A DNA stretch of 64,000 nucleotides from positions 135,284,001 to 135,348,000 of the forward strand of contig OZ024740.1 of assembly GCA_964016885.1 (NCBI GenBank). Reading direction: 5' to 3'. Positions 24,250 to 36,633 of the stretch are shown here, one piece after another; within the stretch, counting starts at the first letter, position 1; the number at the start of each line of letters is the position of its first letter. Both the position numbers and the translations under genes were made by a program. Source of the DNA: Eledone cirrhosa. Lineage: Eukaryota. Below the pieces are notes generated by a model, which had not been told where the DNA came from, ran no database searches, and was given only the letters and a program-made list of their open reading frames with translations.

Positions 24250-25384
24250 GTAAGTTTATTCCATTGAACATAGTTTTGTTGGTTCACATATTTCCATGGT
24301 CCACTAAGTTTCTGTAATGTTTTGTTTTGTTACTGTTTAGCCAGAGAGGGAAAGGCAATGCCTATGACTCTTTTCAGGGACATCAAGACTTGGGAAGGAG
24401 GGAGGAATTCTCAAATCAGTGACCAGATTCAAATGTTTACAACATAGTAGTTTTCATTAAAGATATCAAAGGGCTAGGAGGTCATATTAAATGAGAAAAC
24501 AGATTAATTCTACCACCTAAAGAAGGTCACAACAAGATTTGAACTCAGAATGCAATGAGTTGAACAAATACGACAAAGCATCTCGTCTGATAATCCAACA
24601 ATTCCAGCAATCAAGTGCTCTAGACAGGATAGGATGAAAAGCAAAACTGATCTTTGTGAGATTTTACTCGGGGTGCAGAAGGCTAGAACAAATATGGCAA
24701 GGCATTTTGCCATATGCTCTAAAAATTCTGCCAATTTGTTACAGCAAATGAATGATGAATTCACCGCTGGATAGAACACTAGCCTATTATATTAATTCAC
24801 CTGTGGCAAGAATTGAACTAACTATGTTACAGAATACAACAAATTACTTGATAATTTCTCACTTGAGGGACTAAACTACACAGAGTAGTATGTATGTATG
24901 GTCCCGTAACTCCTGATAGCATCGTAGGGACGCTGTATTGACAGACAGCGTTTCTTGGGCATTTTAAGCCTGGTGGAGCCCATCCCTCTCTAGCAGAATT
25001 CTTACAGAGAAAGATAGAAAATGAGAGAGGATTTAAACTCAAAGTGCAGAGAGGCAGATCAAATACCATCAAGCATTCTATCCAACATTCTAATGACTCT
25101 GCCAATTTGCTGTCGACACAGTGTAGTAATAGGGATAGAATATGAAACCATGTCCCTGTGGTCAAGAAACTGAGGCCACTATCCACTAGGCTCCTGTGCT
25201 TTTATCACCACTGAGATTATTTTGGTTTTATTGATTAAGAGAATATAAGAGTATAAACAAGTCCCATATAATCTAAATCATCCTGAGAAATAAGGTTACC
25301 AGAAACACTGCAGATAATCAATGTTATTGTACAGTTATGGGCGTTATGCACCGTTATAAATTATATATATTTATACATACAAAC

Positions 25385-25431
<47 letters not shown>

Positions 25432-25591
25432 TATGCATATGTATCAGACACACACACATTTGCAGAGCAAATGGTAGACAATAGCTGAGAGAAAGAAAGA
25501 GAATGAAACACCCCCGCATGCAGAAGTTTGTTTGTTTGTGTGTATCATCATCATCACTGTTTAACGTCCATTTTTCCACACTAGCATGGGT

Positions 25592-25625
<34 letters not shown>

Positions 25626-26573
25626 AGAAAGAGATAAAAAGAGAGAGTGCATGTGAGTTTAAATTGTTATCCAGACAATAATCAGCAATCAATTCCATGT
25701 TTCTAGAAAGTTCATTGATTTGATGATGTGTAAAATACAGTTGAGATGTTTGTTACATATCAATACATTTGAGACTCTATTTGTTTGTGTGTGTGTGTGT
25801 GTCTGTATGTGCAAGGATGTGTGTTCTATCATCTGAATGTATGTATGCCTTGTGTAATTTATGTGTTTGCATTTTGTCCAGATATCAATTCAAACAGCAC
25901 ACATCCACTGGCTTTTAATTCCTTAAGGAGTCATAGAAGCATCTAGAGCATTTAAACATCATGGAGTCCATTCCTCTCTAGGTCTGAACATAGCTGTTTT
26001 CTTCAAGGAAGAAGGGGGGGGGGTACGAAAGAGATATAGAGGAAGAATTTACCCCAGTATTGTGCTGGTATTTTATTTATTGACTTAAAAAAAAAGGAAA
26101 AGCAATGTTGACCTCAATGGGATTGGAACTCAGACCACAGAGTAGCCAGAATGAATACCACAAACTATTTTATCTGACAGTTTAATGGCTCTGCCAATTT
26201 GCAGCCTTAAACACCTATACAATCATAATTTACTATCAGAACCACATATCAAGTTTCTATATTAATAAATCACTCAAAATTGTTCATGAATTAATTGAAA
26301 TAGAGTGTATTTCATTAAAAATACAGTTATGAAAGGATTAACTAATTGAATTCTTCCTATAAAGAAAGAGCTGGTTTCTAACAAAGAAACAAAGCACCAT
26401 CACTGGAATTTACGTAACAATAATAATTTCTACTTTAGGCACAAGGCCAACAATATTAGGGGAGGGGAACATCATGTATACACTCACGACTCTTGCCAAG
26501 CCAAATATATATATATTGTGTATATGTAGTTGATCTCTCAGTCTTTTACAAAGCTCTGAGAAGATAAAATCAA

Positions 26574-26668
26574 TATAAGAATGATGTGCTCATGTGTGGA
26601 AATATGCAGAGACCCTATTTTATAAGCTATTTTATAGCATCTCCGTGCATGAGCACATCATTCTTTAT
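26574..26668. mobile_element. Small foldback MITE in TA context
   Basis: Inverted arms AAGAATGATGTGCTCATG / CATGAGCACATCATTCTT. Confidence 0.6.
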
Positions 26669-26673
26669 ATATA

Positions 26674-26715
<42 letters not shown>

Positions 26716-28109
26716 TATATATAAATGTGGTTGGTGTTAGGAAGGGCATGCAGCTGTAAAAACCCTCGCCAAATTTACAGTCCTGTCGGAGCAAGATACA
26801 GCGTGATCAATTCTGGCTAGACTTGTCTCTTGACATGGACGACCCATCTGACCATGCAAATATGGAAAAATGGACGTTAAATGGTAATGATAATGATGAT
26901 ATATAAATATATATATACATCATCATCATCATCATGATCATATACACATAAATACATAGATAATGTGTTAATACAAAAAAAGATATATTAAACTATATAT
27001 ATAAATAAGACAGTTATTGCTCCAATCAGCCTACAAACACTCAGCAAACACCTTAAACCAGATGCCAACCTAAGCCCATGGCTAAATCAAACCACATTCA
27101 CCCTCCTAATTTAGCAAACCAAATACGGACCATCCTTCTTCCCAAACTCGGTTTATGTAACTGGACTGCAACAGCCACCAATTAGGGATGCTAGACGTTA
27201 TAACTTTGATAACTTTGATAGGTTTCAGCCAGTATTGGCCCAGGCCATGTCTAAGTTAATAGCACCACAATGATAATGGTGACTGTAGCCATGGTTGTGG
27301 TTATGGTTTTGTTGGTCAAGGCTGTGATAATTGTTGTTGTTGTTATTTAGCTCCTAGTTGACTCTGATTGAAAACACCTATGATAAAAAAGCTCAAACTG
27401 AGACCATCCCATTTTTTTTACCTATGTGTAATGGGGCCCAACAATGATGATGATAATTTTGGTAATGATGATATCATCAAGATAAAATACTCCCAGTACA
27501 TACTGTAAAGTGGTTTGGTGTTAGGAAGGTCATCCAGCCACTGAAATGGATTTTACAAGTAAAATGTAGTCACCGGACCAATCATGCCTCAATACGTGAC
27601 CACCCATCTAACCTATGAAATCACAGAAAATATTCATTAAATAGTGATGATGATGATGATGATGATAATGATATATATATGTATGTATATAAATATATGT
27701 GTGTGTGTGTTTCTGTCTGTTGGTCTGTATCTGTGGCTACATTTGTTTGTGTTTGGTTTGTTTCCTGTAACTTAGTGGTTTGACAAAACGAAATCGATAA
27801 AATAAGCACCAGGATTGAAAAGATAGCTACTAGAGTCAATAAGAGAGAGAAAAAATCCTTTTAATGCAGTGCTCCAGCATGGCTGCAGCCTATTGACTGA
27901 AACCAGTAAAAGTGTCCACAATGTCATTTTGTAGGCTAATTTATAGATTTAAAAAACAAACAAACTAACATTAGATCAATCAGTTTTGGAGTAACCAGAG
28001 TGATGAATGATTTAATAAAATCAAGAAAAATGGCTGTATGTGTCCGGTTAGAAATATTTTCTGTTATGTGATTGGATGACAGCATACTTTCATTTATGTA
28101 TATATTACA

Positions 28110-28535
28110 AGCATACATCACATTACATTACACACACACACATATACATACATATATATTTATGTGTGTATATGCATATACATATATATATATATATATC
28201 ATCATTTTACGTCCGTTTCTCCCTGCTTGCAAGGGTATATATCTATATATATATATATGTACATTACATCACATACATCACATTACACACACACATATAC
28301 ATACATATATATTTATGTGTGTATATGCATATATATATATATATATATATCATCATTTTACGGCCGTTTTTCCCTGCTTGCAAGGGTATATATCTATATA
28401 TATATATGTACATTACATCACATACATCACATTACACACACACATATACATACATATATATTTATGTGTGTATATGCATATATATATATATATATATCAT
28501 CATTTTACGGCCGTTTTTTCCTGCTTGCAAGGGTA
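28110..28535. repeat. Three tandem ~150-bp units, each containing an RTE 3' tip, followed by a long (TA)n
   Basis: CATCATTTTACG(T/G)CCGTTT..CCTGCTTGCAAGGG recurs near 28200, 28350 and 28500. Confidence 0.85.
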
Positions 28536-28671
28536 TATATATATATGTATGTATATATATATATGTATATATATATATATGTATATATATACATATATAC
28601 ATATATGTACATATATACATATATGTACATATATATACATATATACATATACATACATATATATATATACA

Positions 28672-28753
<82 letters not shown>

Positions 28754-28981
28754 GTTAAAAGAATAGAGGTGTAACACACAAGTTATTATATATTGGTAAA
28801 CGGAATAGAAAATGCTGACAAATTGTTCACAGTTGAAAAATGGTTTAATTAGGAATAAAAGAGTATTAGTGATTGTATGGGTTAGTATCCAGTTGTGGTT
28901 TTAAGTTTTTACCGGTTGCGCATTTCTAAATGCTTTTCAAAAATAATTTTGAGATAGAGTGTCCGTGCTGTTTGCTCTGTG

Positions 28982-29052
28982 TATTTTATTATGTGCATTT
29001 CAAAAACAAATATCATCCAAGGACGATATTCGCGTTCTCATCAGATAAAATA
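28982..29052 (-). ncRNA. Type I hammerhead ribozyme motif, intact core
   Basis: Minus strand: UAUUUUAU-CUGAUGA-GAACGCGAAUAUCGUC-cuug-GAUGAUAUUUGUUUUU-GAAA-UGCAC-AUA-AUAAAAUA. Confidence 0.8.
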
Positions 29053-29189
29053 GGGAGACATGATATGAAGCTTAAAAAAGACACTTGTGAGCAAGGTAGT
29101 GTCTAAACAACATATATAATATCCGATATTTGCATTGCTTTATTGTGCTACAATAAAACTCACCTCCTACATTATATATATATATATAT

Positions 29190-29985
29190 ATTAGCAGCGG
29201 AGGTGGGTGTTCAGAAAGTACAATAACTAGGGTAAGAACGGAATGGAAGAAGTTCAGGGAGCTGCTAGCTGCAAAAGGCTTTTCCCTCAAAATGAAAGGC
29301 AGACTGTATGATGCATGTATACGAACAGCAATGTTACATGGTAGTCAGACCTGGGCGCTGAATGTGGAAGATTTGCATAGATTAGAAAGAAACGATGGAT
29401 GTGTAATAGTAATATACGCGAACGGCAAAGCATAAATGAGTTGAGAGAGACTGAACATAAGAGGAATCAAATGCTGTGTGCAGGAGAGGCAGTTGCGTTG
29501 GTATGGACATGTGATGCATATGAAGGATGACAGCTGCATAAAAAGGTGCAGAGCACTAAAAGTCGATGGAAACCGCAGAGTGGGGAGACACAAGAAGACC
29601 TGGGATGAGGTGATAAAAGCCGAACTTACCCAATTAGACAGAATACCCGAACCCCCACGGGTACAAGCCAAAGCTGAAGCATATAGACAATACACGCCCA
29701 CACCCTCCCACTGCAAAGTGGTCGTGGAGGTGCCACGGCAATAAAGCACCCAGCCCACACTGTAAAGTGGACGTGTAGGCGCCACGGAAAAAAAGCACCC
29801 AGCACTCACTGCAAATGAGGTTGGTGTTAGGAAGGGCATCCTGCTGTAGAAATCAAGCCAGAATCAGTTCCTGTATGAGCAAGACAAGGTCAGCCGACCG
29901 GACACTGCCCACAACAGGACAACCCATCTAACCCATGCTAACGTGGAAGAACGGACGTAAAACGGTGATGATGATGATGATGATA
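29190..29985 (+). mobile_element. 5'-truncated, decayed RTE subfamily B LINE
   Basis: ISSGGGCSES...WKKFREL...LRWYGHV...KKTWDEVI, subfamily B UTR, (GAT)n tail. Starts at a (TA)n tract. Confidence 0.92.
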
Positions 29986-30141
29986 TAGATGTATATTCAT
30001 TCTACATGTATATATACACATATATTATGGATGAATATATATTGATATGAAAACAAATGCAACATTACTTCTTCAGTTCAGTGTGCTAAAGTATGTTTAT
30101 GTTGTGGTTCATACATATTCACATTATTACATACACTGTAT

Positions 30142-30335
30142 AGGGCGGTGGATTGGCAGTATCAGTAGAGGGTCAGACACCATACTTTGCAGCAAAGAGT
30201 TACGGCCGTTTATGGTCTGAGTTCAAATCCTGCCGAGGTTAACTTTGCCTTTCATCCTTATGGGTGTTGATAAAATAAAGTACCAGTAATACACTGGGTA
30301 TTTGCTGGTCTTGTGCCAAAATTAGAAACAATTAT
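30142..30335 (+). mobile_element. tRNA-derived SINE, family 1 (full-length)
   Basis: GGGCGGTGGATTGGCAGTATCAGTAG head, B-box GAGTTCAAATCC, AT-rich tail. Confidence 0.88.
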
Positions 30336-30459
30336 TACATTACACATTATACAACTCAGGTATGTGATCATGTGTGTCTGTTTGTGTGTGTGGCATATAT
30401 GTATAGACACACACATAAACACACACCCAATTGAATTTTCAACTTCTTTTTCATATATA

Positions 30460-30573
30460 TAGGAAAAGAGCCAGGACCCCGACGGCTGAGCTCCAGCCGT
30501 TTCAACAGCTAGTACCGGATCTAGCTGTCGAAACGGCCGGAGCTCAGCCGTCGGGGTCCTGAATCTTTTGCTA
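30460..30573. repeat. GC-rich inverted repeat, 41-bp arms with 8-nt loop
   Basis: Arms 30472-30512 and 30521-30561 differ at 2 positions. Confidence 0.95.
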
Positions 30574-30671
30574 TTATCCACTCTACTACTCTAAGTATTG
30601 AGTACTCTGGTGCGTTATAGTCCACCTGGTTCCTTACCACAGTTTCTTTGTTATATATATATATATACTCA

Positions 30672-31664
30672 TCTATATATATAAAACTGTGGTTGTCTGT
30701 CTGTCTATCGATTTTTGGCACACATCTCCTCTTAGAATCTCTCACGGAATTGCACCGAAATTGCTATACTTGTACATTGAGCCCTAGCGAAGACATCGGA
30801 AAAAAAAAATTTCAAATTGACCCACCCTATGTGACGAAATCGAATATAATGTATCGATTTTTGAGCGTAAGTGATCAGTTATTTCCCTTTGTTCTGTTTA
30901 CATTGAGCGTCTTACGTAAAAAATTACGCTGGCTTTAACAGTTGTCGAGCCAGCAAAATATTGACCTGCAAAATTCATCAGTTCGAACACTAAGCTTCCG
31001 TTTTGCTTCATTTCCATTTAAAAGCATTTTAAAACAATATTTTTACTTGAAAACAAGCCTATTTAAAGACTACGTAAAACAAGCAAATATTTCGTCGTTA
31101 GGCGTGCAGACAGACAGTCGTGCAGAGAGGTGATATACGCGTGCAGACAGATAGTCGTGCAGAGAGGTGATATAGGCGTGCAGACAGACAGTCATGCAGA
31201 GAGGTGATATAGGCGTGCAGAGAGGTGATATAGGCGTGCAGACAGATAGTCGTGCAGAGAGGTGATATAGGCGTGCAGACAGACAGTCGTGCAGAGAGGT
31301 GATATAGGCGTGCAGACAGACAGTCGTGCAGAGAGGTGATATAGGCGTGCAGACAGACATAACTGATAATTTGGTTACACTAATGTTTTTCTCTGCGTTG
31401 CAGTGTTTACATTTTCGATCTTTGTTAATAAATAACCAGTGCAGTTTTTATCCCCAGCATCCTCTTTTGTTATAACATTCGGGTTATCGTTATGTTTTCT
31501 TAACTTCATAAGGCATATTGTTGGTTGAGGAGATATTAATCAAAAACACCACATGCAAGTCTGCACAGTAGACACTACAGTTTTTAAGCCAAAAAAGAAA
31601 CTTAACATTGTAACTTTAACACAGCTACTGAGCGACCCCGAGCAACGCCGGGCTTTACTGCTAG
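30672..31664 (+). mobile_element. Non-autonomous Helitron with internal ~37-bp minisatellite (31100-31360)
   Basis: A|TCTATATATATAAAACT 5' end, subterminal hairpin CCCGagcaacgcCGGG, CTAG|T 3' end. Confidence 0.85.
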
Positions 31665-32300
31665 TATCTATATATACATACACTCATATCTATATATACA
31701 CATATATGCACACCACTGATTTTGCTCCCTTCTCTGTTTTACTCATTCCCCTCTCCTCATGTCCACCCTACCAAATGCATGTAAATTGTGTGTGTATTGG
31801 ATGTGCTCGTTTATGTGTATGCGTGTGCATGTATGTGTGTGACTCTGTCTGTGTTTGTGTGTGTGCGTGTGTTTGTGTGTGTGTCTGTGCTTGTGTATGT
31901 GTGTGTTTGTGTGTGTGTGTGTGTTTGTGTGTATGTGTGTGTTTGTGTGTGTGTGTGTATGTGTGTGTTTGTGTGTGTGCATGCGTGTTTGTGTTTGTGT
32001 GTGTGTAATATATTTTGTTTCACTTTCAGCTCCATAGACACTTTATTCATATTTCATTGTTTGATATAACAAATAGTTTCCATTACTGAGGGTCCTTATC
32101 TCCCTACACCACTACCCAAGGTGTTAACACATTGACTATCCTACAAATAGTTAAAGTAGTATTAACATAGTTAATGTACTGAATAAATATGTATTGACAA
32201 ATATATTTATTTCATTTTATTTTATTTTACTTTAGGTTACAAAACTGATTACCTCATATAAGATCATATAAAAATAATTTCTTTATTTTTAAAAATTATT

Positions 32301-32331
<31 letters not shown>

Positions 32332-32544
32332 CCTCCTCCTCATCATCATAATCACCATCACCACCACCACCACCATCATCATCACAATCATCATCATCAT
32401 CATCATCATTTAATGACTGTTTTCCCTGCTAGCAAGGGTAGGAATCTGCAGAAGCGTGTCGTATATATATATATATATCATCATCATCATCATCATTATC
32501 AGTAACTAAATAAATAAATAAATATATATATATATCTTAATCGA

Positions 32545-32755
32545 TCGACTTTCGTCAAATTGGACCGAGGAAACAATGTTTCCGTTGGTCTTTCCAGTTG
32601 CTAGTACTATCTATTGGTCGCAACTCCAGGTAGAAGGAGCAACGTGAAATAAAGTGTTTTGCTCAAGGACATAACGCATCGCCTGGTCCAGGAATCGAAC
32701 TCACAACCTCAAGATTGTGAATCCAATTCTCTAACCGCTCAGCCACACGCCTTCA
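32545..32755 (-). mobile_element. tRNA-derived SINE, family 2-related
   Basis: Minus strand GGCGTGTGGCTGAGCGGTTAGAG...GAGTTCGATTCCTGG gives clear A and B boxes. Confidence 0.85.
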
Positions 32756-33165
<410 letters not shown>

Positions 33166-33359
33166 TTTCTTTATTAGCCACAGGGGCACAAAAGAAGGGG
33201 ACAAATACAAAGGGGGAAGTTTACATACAATAAAAACGTGTAAAATGTTATCACAGATGGAATTTAAAAGTTAGTCGATTTTCCCCAATAGAGGGAGATA
33301 GTTTATATGGGTAACACATACCCCCGAAAAAAATGTGCAACCCTCATCTCCAGGAGTAC

Positions 33360-33361
<2 letters not shown>
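33166..33361 (-). mobile_element. 3' end of L1/Tx1-type LINE
   Basis: Near-identical to 13326-13522. Lies between GATA and TA tracts. Confidence 0.85.
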
Positions 33362-33435
<74 letters not shown>

Positions 33436-33697
33436 CATGCTTCTGCAGAGTTTGTCTCACAAATTTCAATCACATTACAGTAATCAAACTGAGGCTATAG
33501 TAGGATTCTACTCAGTGAGAATGAACCCAAAACTATGTGGTTCTGAAATGAACTCCTTAACCACACAGCCATACCAGTGTTTATATCCACATATTTAATG
33601 TGGTCACATCATCCTTATCAGTATATGATGAAATTATATAGATCAGTAGTTAAACTTGAGTATTAACTCAGTCTGTGGTATATAACGACATATATAT

Positions 33698-34046
33698 GGA
33701 AGCACATGGCTTAGTGGTTAGAGCATTGGCCTTGCAATCGAAAGGTTGTGAGTTCAATTCTCAAACCGAGTAATGTGTTGTTTCCTTGAGCAAGACACTT
33801 TATTTCACATTGCTCCAGTTTACTCAGCTGTAGAAATGAGATGATAGGGACTGGGGTCCATAGCATTCCACTGCAAAGTAGTCATGGAGGTGCCACGGCA
33901 AAAAAGCACCCAGCACTCACTGTAAATGAGGTTGGTGTTAGGAAGGGCATCCAGCTGTAGAAATCAAGCCAGAATCAGTTCCCGTCCCACCCTTGCAAGC
34001 AGGGAAAAGTGGACGTAAAATGAAATGATGATGATGATGATGATGA
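33698..34046 (+). mobile_element. SINE family 2 copy (33698-33842) followed by an RTE B-like 3' UTR and GAT tail
   Basis: TGGCTTAGTGG and GAGTTCAATTC boxes, then GGAGGTGCCACGGCAAAAAAGCACCCAG...GGACGTAAAA(TGA)n. Confidence 0.75.
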
Positions 34047-34302
34047 TATATATATATAAAACGACATATATATATATATATATTAATAGTATTAATAAAT
34101 GGAAAATATCTTTATAACCACATATTTATTCTATTATACATATTTCAAGGATACTAGATTATAGTATGCTTTCTTTAGATAAAATACAATATTTGGTGTT
34201 AAGATATTGACATACCCAGAGTATGACATTACAACGTAAGCCAACAATGGGCTGTTGAATATTCATCAACAAAGCATTTAACTCATTGTTTATATATATA
34301 TA

Positions 34303-34708
34303 TCATCATCATCATCATCATCATCAGGTTTAGCGTCCGTGTTCCACGCTTGCATGGGTTTGGACGGGGGTTTTCCCACTTGAGGCAAGAGTGGTTGTCT
34401 TGCTCGCATAGGACTGTCTGGCGGGTTTTCTACAGCTGGATGCCCTTCCTAACACCAACCACATTTACAGTGTGGGGCTGGGAGGTTTTTACCGTGTTGC
34501 CTACACGGCCACATTTACAGCGTGGACTGTGTGTGTTTTTTTGTCGTGACACCTACACGATCTCATTTGTTTCGGCCTGGATGTTGTGGGACCAACATAA
34601 CTTTACATTGAAAGGGGCGGTGTGGGTGGGGTGGAGGTGGTGGGACGGGGGTGTGTTTTGATAGAGATGCCTACTGACTGTAGTAGGTTTTTTTTACTTT
34701 GTATTTAC
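34303..34708 (-). mobile_element. RTE subfamily A 3' UTR
   Basis: Reverse-complement match to 1815-2193. Confidence 0.9.
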
Positions 34709-34811
34709 TATATATATATATGTATGTATGTATGTATATTTATATATACACACACATATATATATACATATATACATATATACATATATATATAATATAC
34801 ATACACACACA

Positions 34812-35080
34812 CCAGCCCGAAACAAATGAAGTCGTGTAGGTGTCACGACAAAAAAACACACAGTCCACGCTGTAATGTGACTGTGTAGGTAACACGGTAA
34901 AAACCTCTCAGTCCCACACTGTAAATGTGGTTGGTGTTAGGAAGGGCATCCAGCCGTAGAAAACCCGCCAGACAGTCCTATGCAAGCAAGACAATCACTC
35001 TTGCCTCAAGTGGGAAAACCCCCGTCCAAACCCATGCAAGCGTGGAACATGGACGTTAAACGATGATGATGATGATGATG
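34812..35080 (+). mobile_element. RTE subfamily A 3' UTR
   Basis: Match to 1920-2193 with GAT tail. Confidence 0.9.
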
Positions 35081-35114
35081 ACACACACACACACACATAT
35101 ATATATATAGTACA

Positions 35115-35256
35115 GTCATGAATTTGAAGTGCAGGTGGGAGTCCACCAGGGATCAGTCCTCAGTCCACTCCTATTTATCATTGTACTTCAGGCCATCACT
35201 GAAGAGTTGAAAACTAATGCTCCATGGGAGTTTCTTTATGCTGATGACCTAGTCTT
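35115..35256 (+). mobile_element. Older RTE RT fragment
   Basis: VGVHQGSVLSPLLFIIVLQAITEELKT..PWEFLYADDLV. Confidence 0.8.
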
Positions 35257-35587
35257 CTACACTATAAATACACTCTGTACATACTGTAAAGTAGTTGGTA
35301 ATAGGAAGGAAGCCTTGCAAAACAAAGGGTTAGGAGAACCACCAGTTGTGTCAAAGGAATGACCTCTACTGAACATTTGATGGAACATGAGACTATTTAA
35401 GTGAAACACAGTTCCCTGGCCTAGGAGATCAGTGGCTCTTTTCAGTACTGACTTAGTCTGTATGAACCTGTCCAACCCTTGGTAGCAGGGAAAGTTGACA
35501 TTAAAATGATGACGACAATGATGATGCTGTATATATATTCAAGTAACCAAAAACAAGTCACGGTTGCACCATGAAGAAACTTAATTG

Positions 35588-35673
35588 CATATGAGAATTG
35601 TTTCAATATCGATCAACTCAGGTTCTATCATAATCTTCGGGACGGACTCTACACTGACATCTCATCAGATATG
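35588..35673 (-). ncRNA. Type I hammerhead motif with long stem II (probable relic)
   Basis: CAUAU-CUGAUGA-GAUGUC...GAUAUU-GAAA-CAAUU-CUC-AUAUG. Confidence 0.6.
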
Positions 35674-35771
35674 ATTCATAGGCACAAAACATACAACAGC
35701 ATTGTGTGATTTAACTGACAGACTGCCTGTGATTATAGTTTCACACATTTCTACCATATATATATATATAT

Positions 35772-36623
35772 AAAAAACATGAGAAGAAAGAAGAATACTG
35801 TGTGGTTGCAGATGGGTTACATATGATAAAATTAGTCCTTCGTCAGTGATTTGCCAACCATCATTGATATTTCATCGCATTAAAAATCATATACCTCAGG
35901 TTGGTGCGAGCAATAACTAAAAAAAGTTATTGGGACCAGTAAATTGCGTAAAGCGAGGGGGACAAGTAAACAACATAGAAGGATAAAAGCAAACCAAAGA
36001 TAGGAAAATAAACAAGCAACATGGTTGTCCTGTCAGCATAAGCTGGGTGGATTTCATGAGCGATCAAGCTACAGACTGTCCGACGTGAGTGAGATGTGAG
36101 CAAGAAGAGAACCCACTACTAGCCAAACGGGAGGAAGTGAGAAGGGGAGAAACAGAGAGTGAGTGAGTGGAAGTGCAAGGAAGAAGTCAGTCGAGAGAAA
36201 GTGTAACTGACAGAGGGGGCGAAAGAAGGTGAGAGCAACAGAGAGAACGGGGAAGCAGTAAGAGAGAAACAGACAAACGCAGCCGAGGTAAATATATTTA
36301 AAAAACATGAGAAGAAAGAAGAATACTGCATGGTTGCACATAGGTTACATATGATAAAATTAGTCCTTCGTCAGTGATTTGCCAACCATCATTGATATTT
36401 CATCACATTAAAAATCATATACCTCAGGTTGGTGCGAGCAATAACTAAAAAAAGTTATTGGGACCAGTAAATTGCGTAAAGCGAGGGGGACAAGTAAACA
36501 ACATAGAAGGATAAAAGCAAACCAAAGATAGCAAAATAAACAAGCAACATGGTTGTCCGGTCAGCATAAGCTGGGTGGATTTCATGAGCGATCAAGATAC
36601 AGACCGTCCGACGTGAGTGAGAT
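35772..36623. repeat. Direct repeat of ~322 bp with 528-bp period
   Basis: 35772-36095 and 36300-36623 are nearly identical, separated by a purine-rich spacer. Confidence 0.92.
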
Positions 36624-36633
36624 AAGAAAAACA

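Noticed and set aside
28072-28779. ORFs rich in YI/IY/HT repeats (also at 15284-15571, 31553-32069, 32753-32998, 48556-49235, 50696-51278)
   Set aside because: Translations of TA, CA and TATG microsatellites that lack stops by construction
30142-30240. tRNA gene calls at A/B-box motifs
   Set aside because: They are heads of multi-copy SINEs and continue into SINE core and tail sequence
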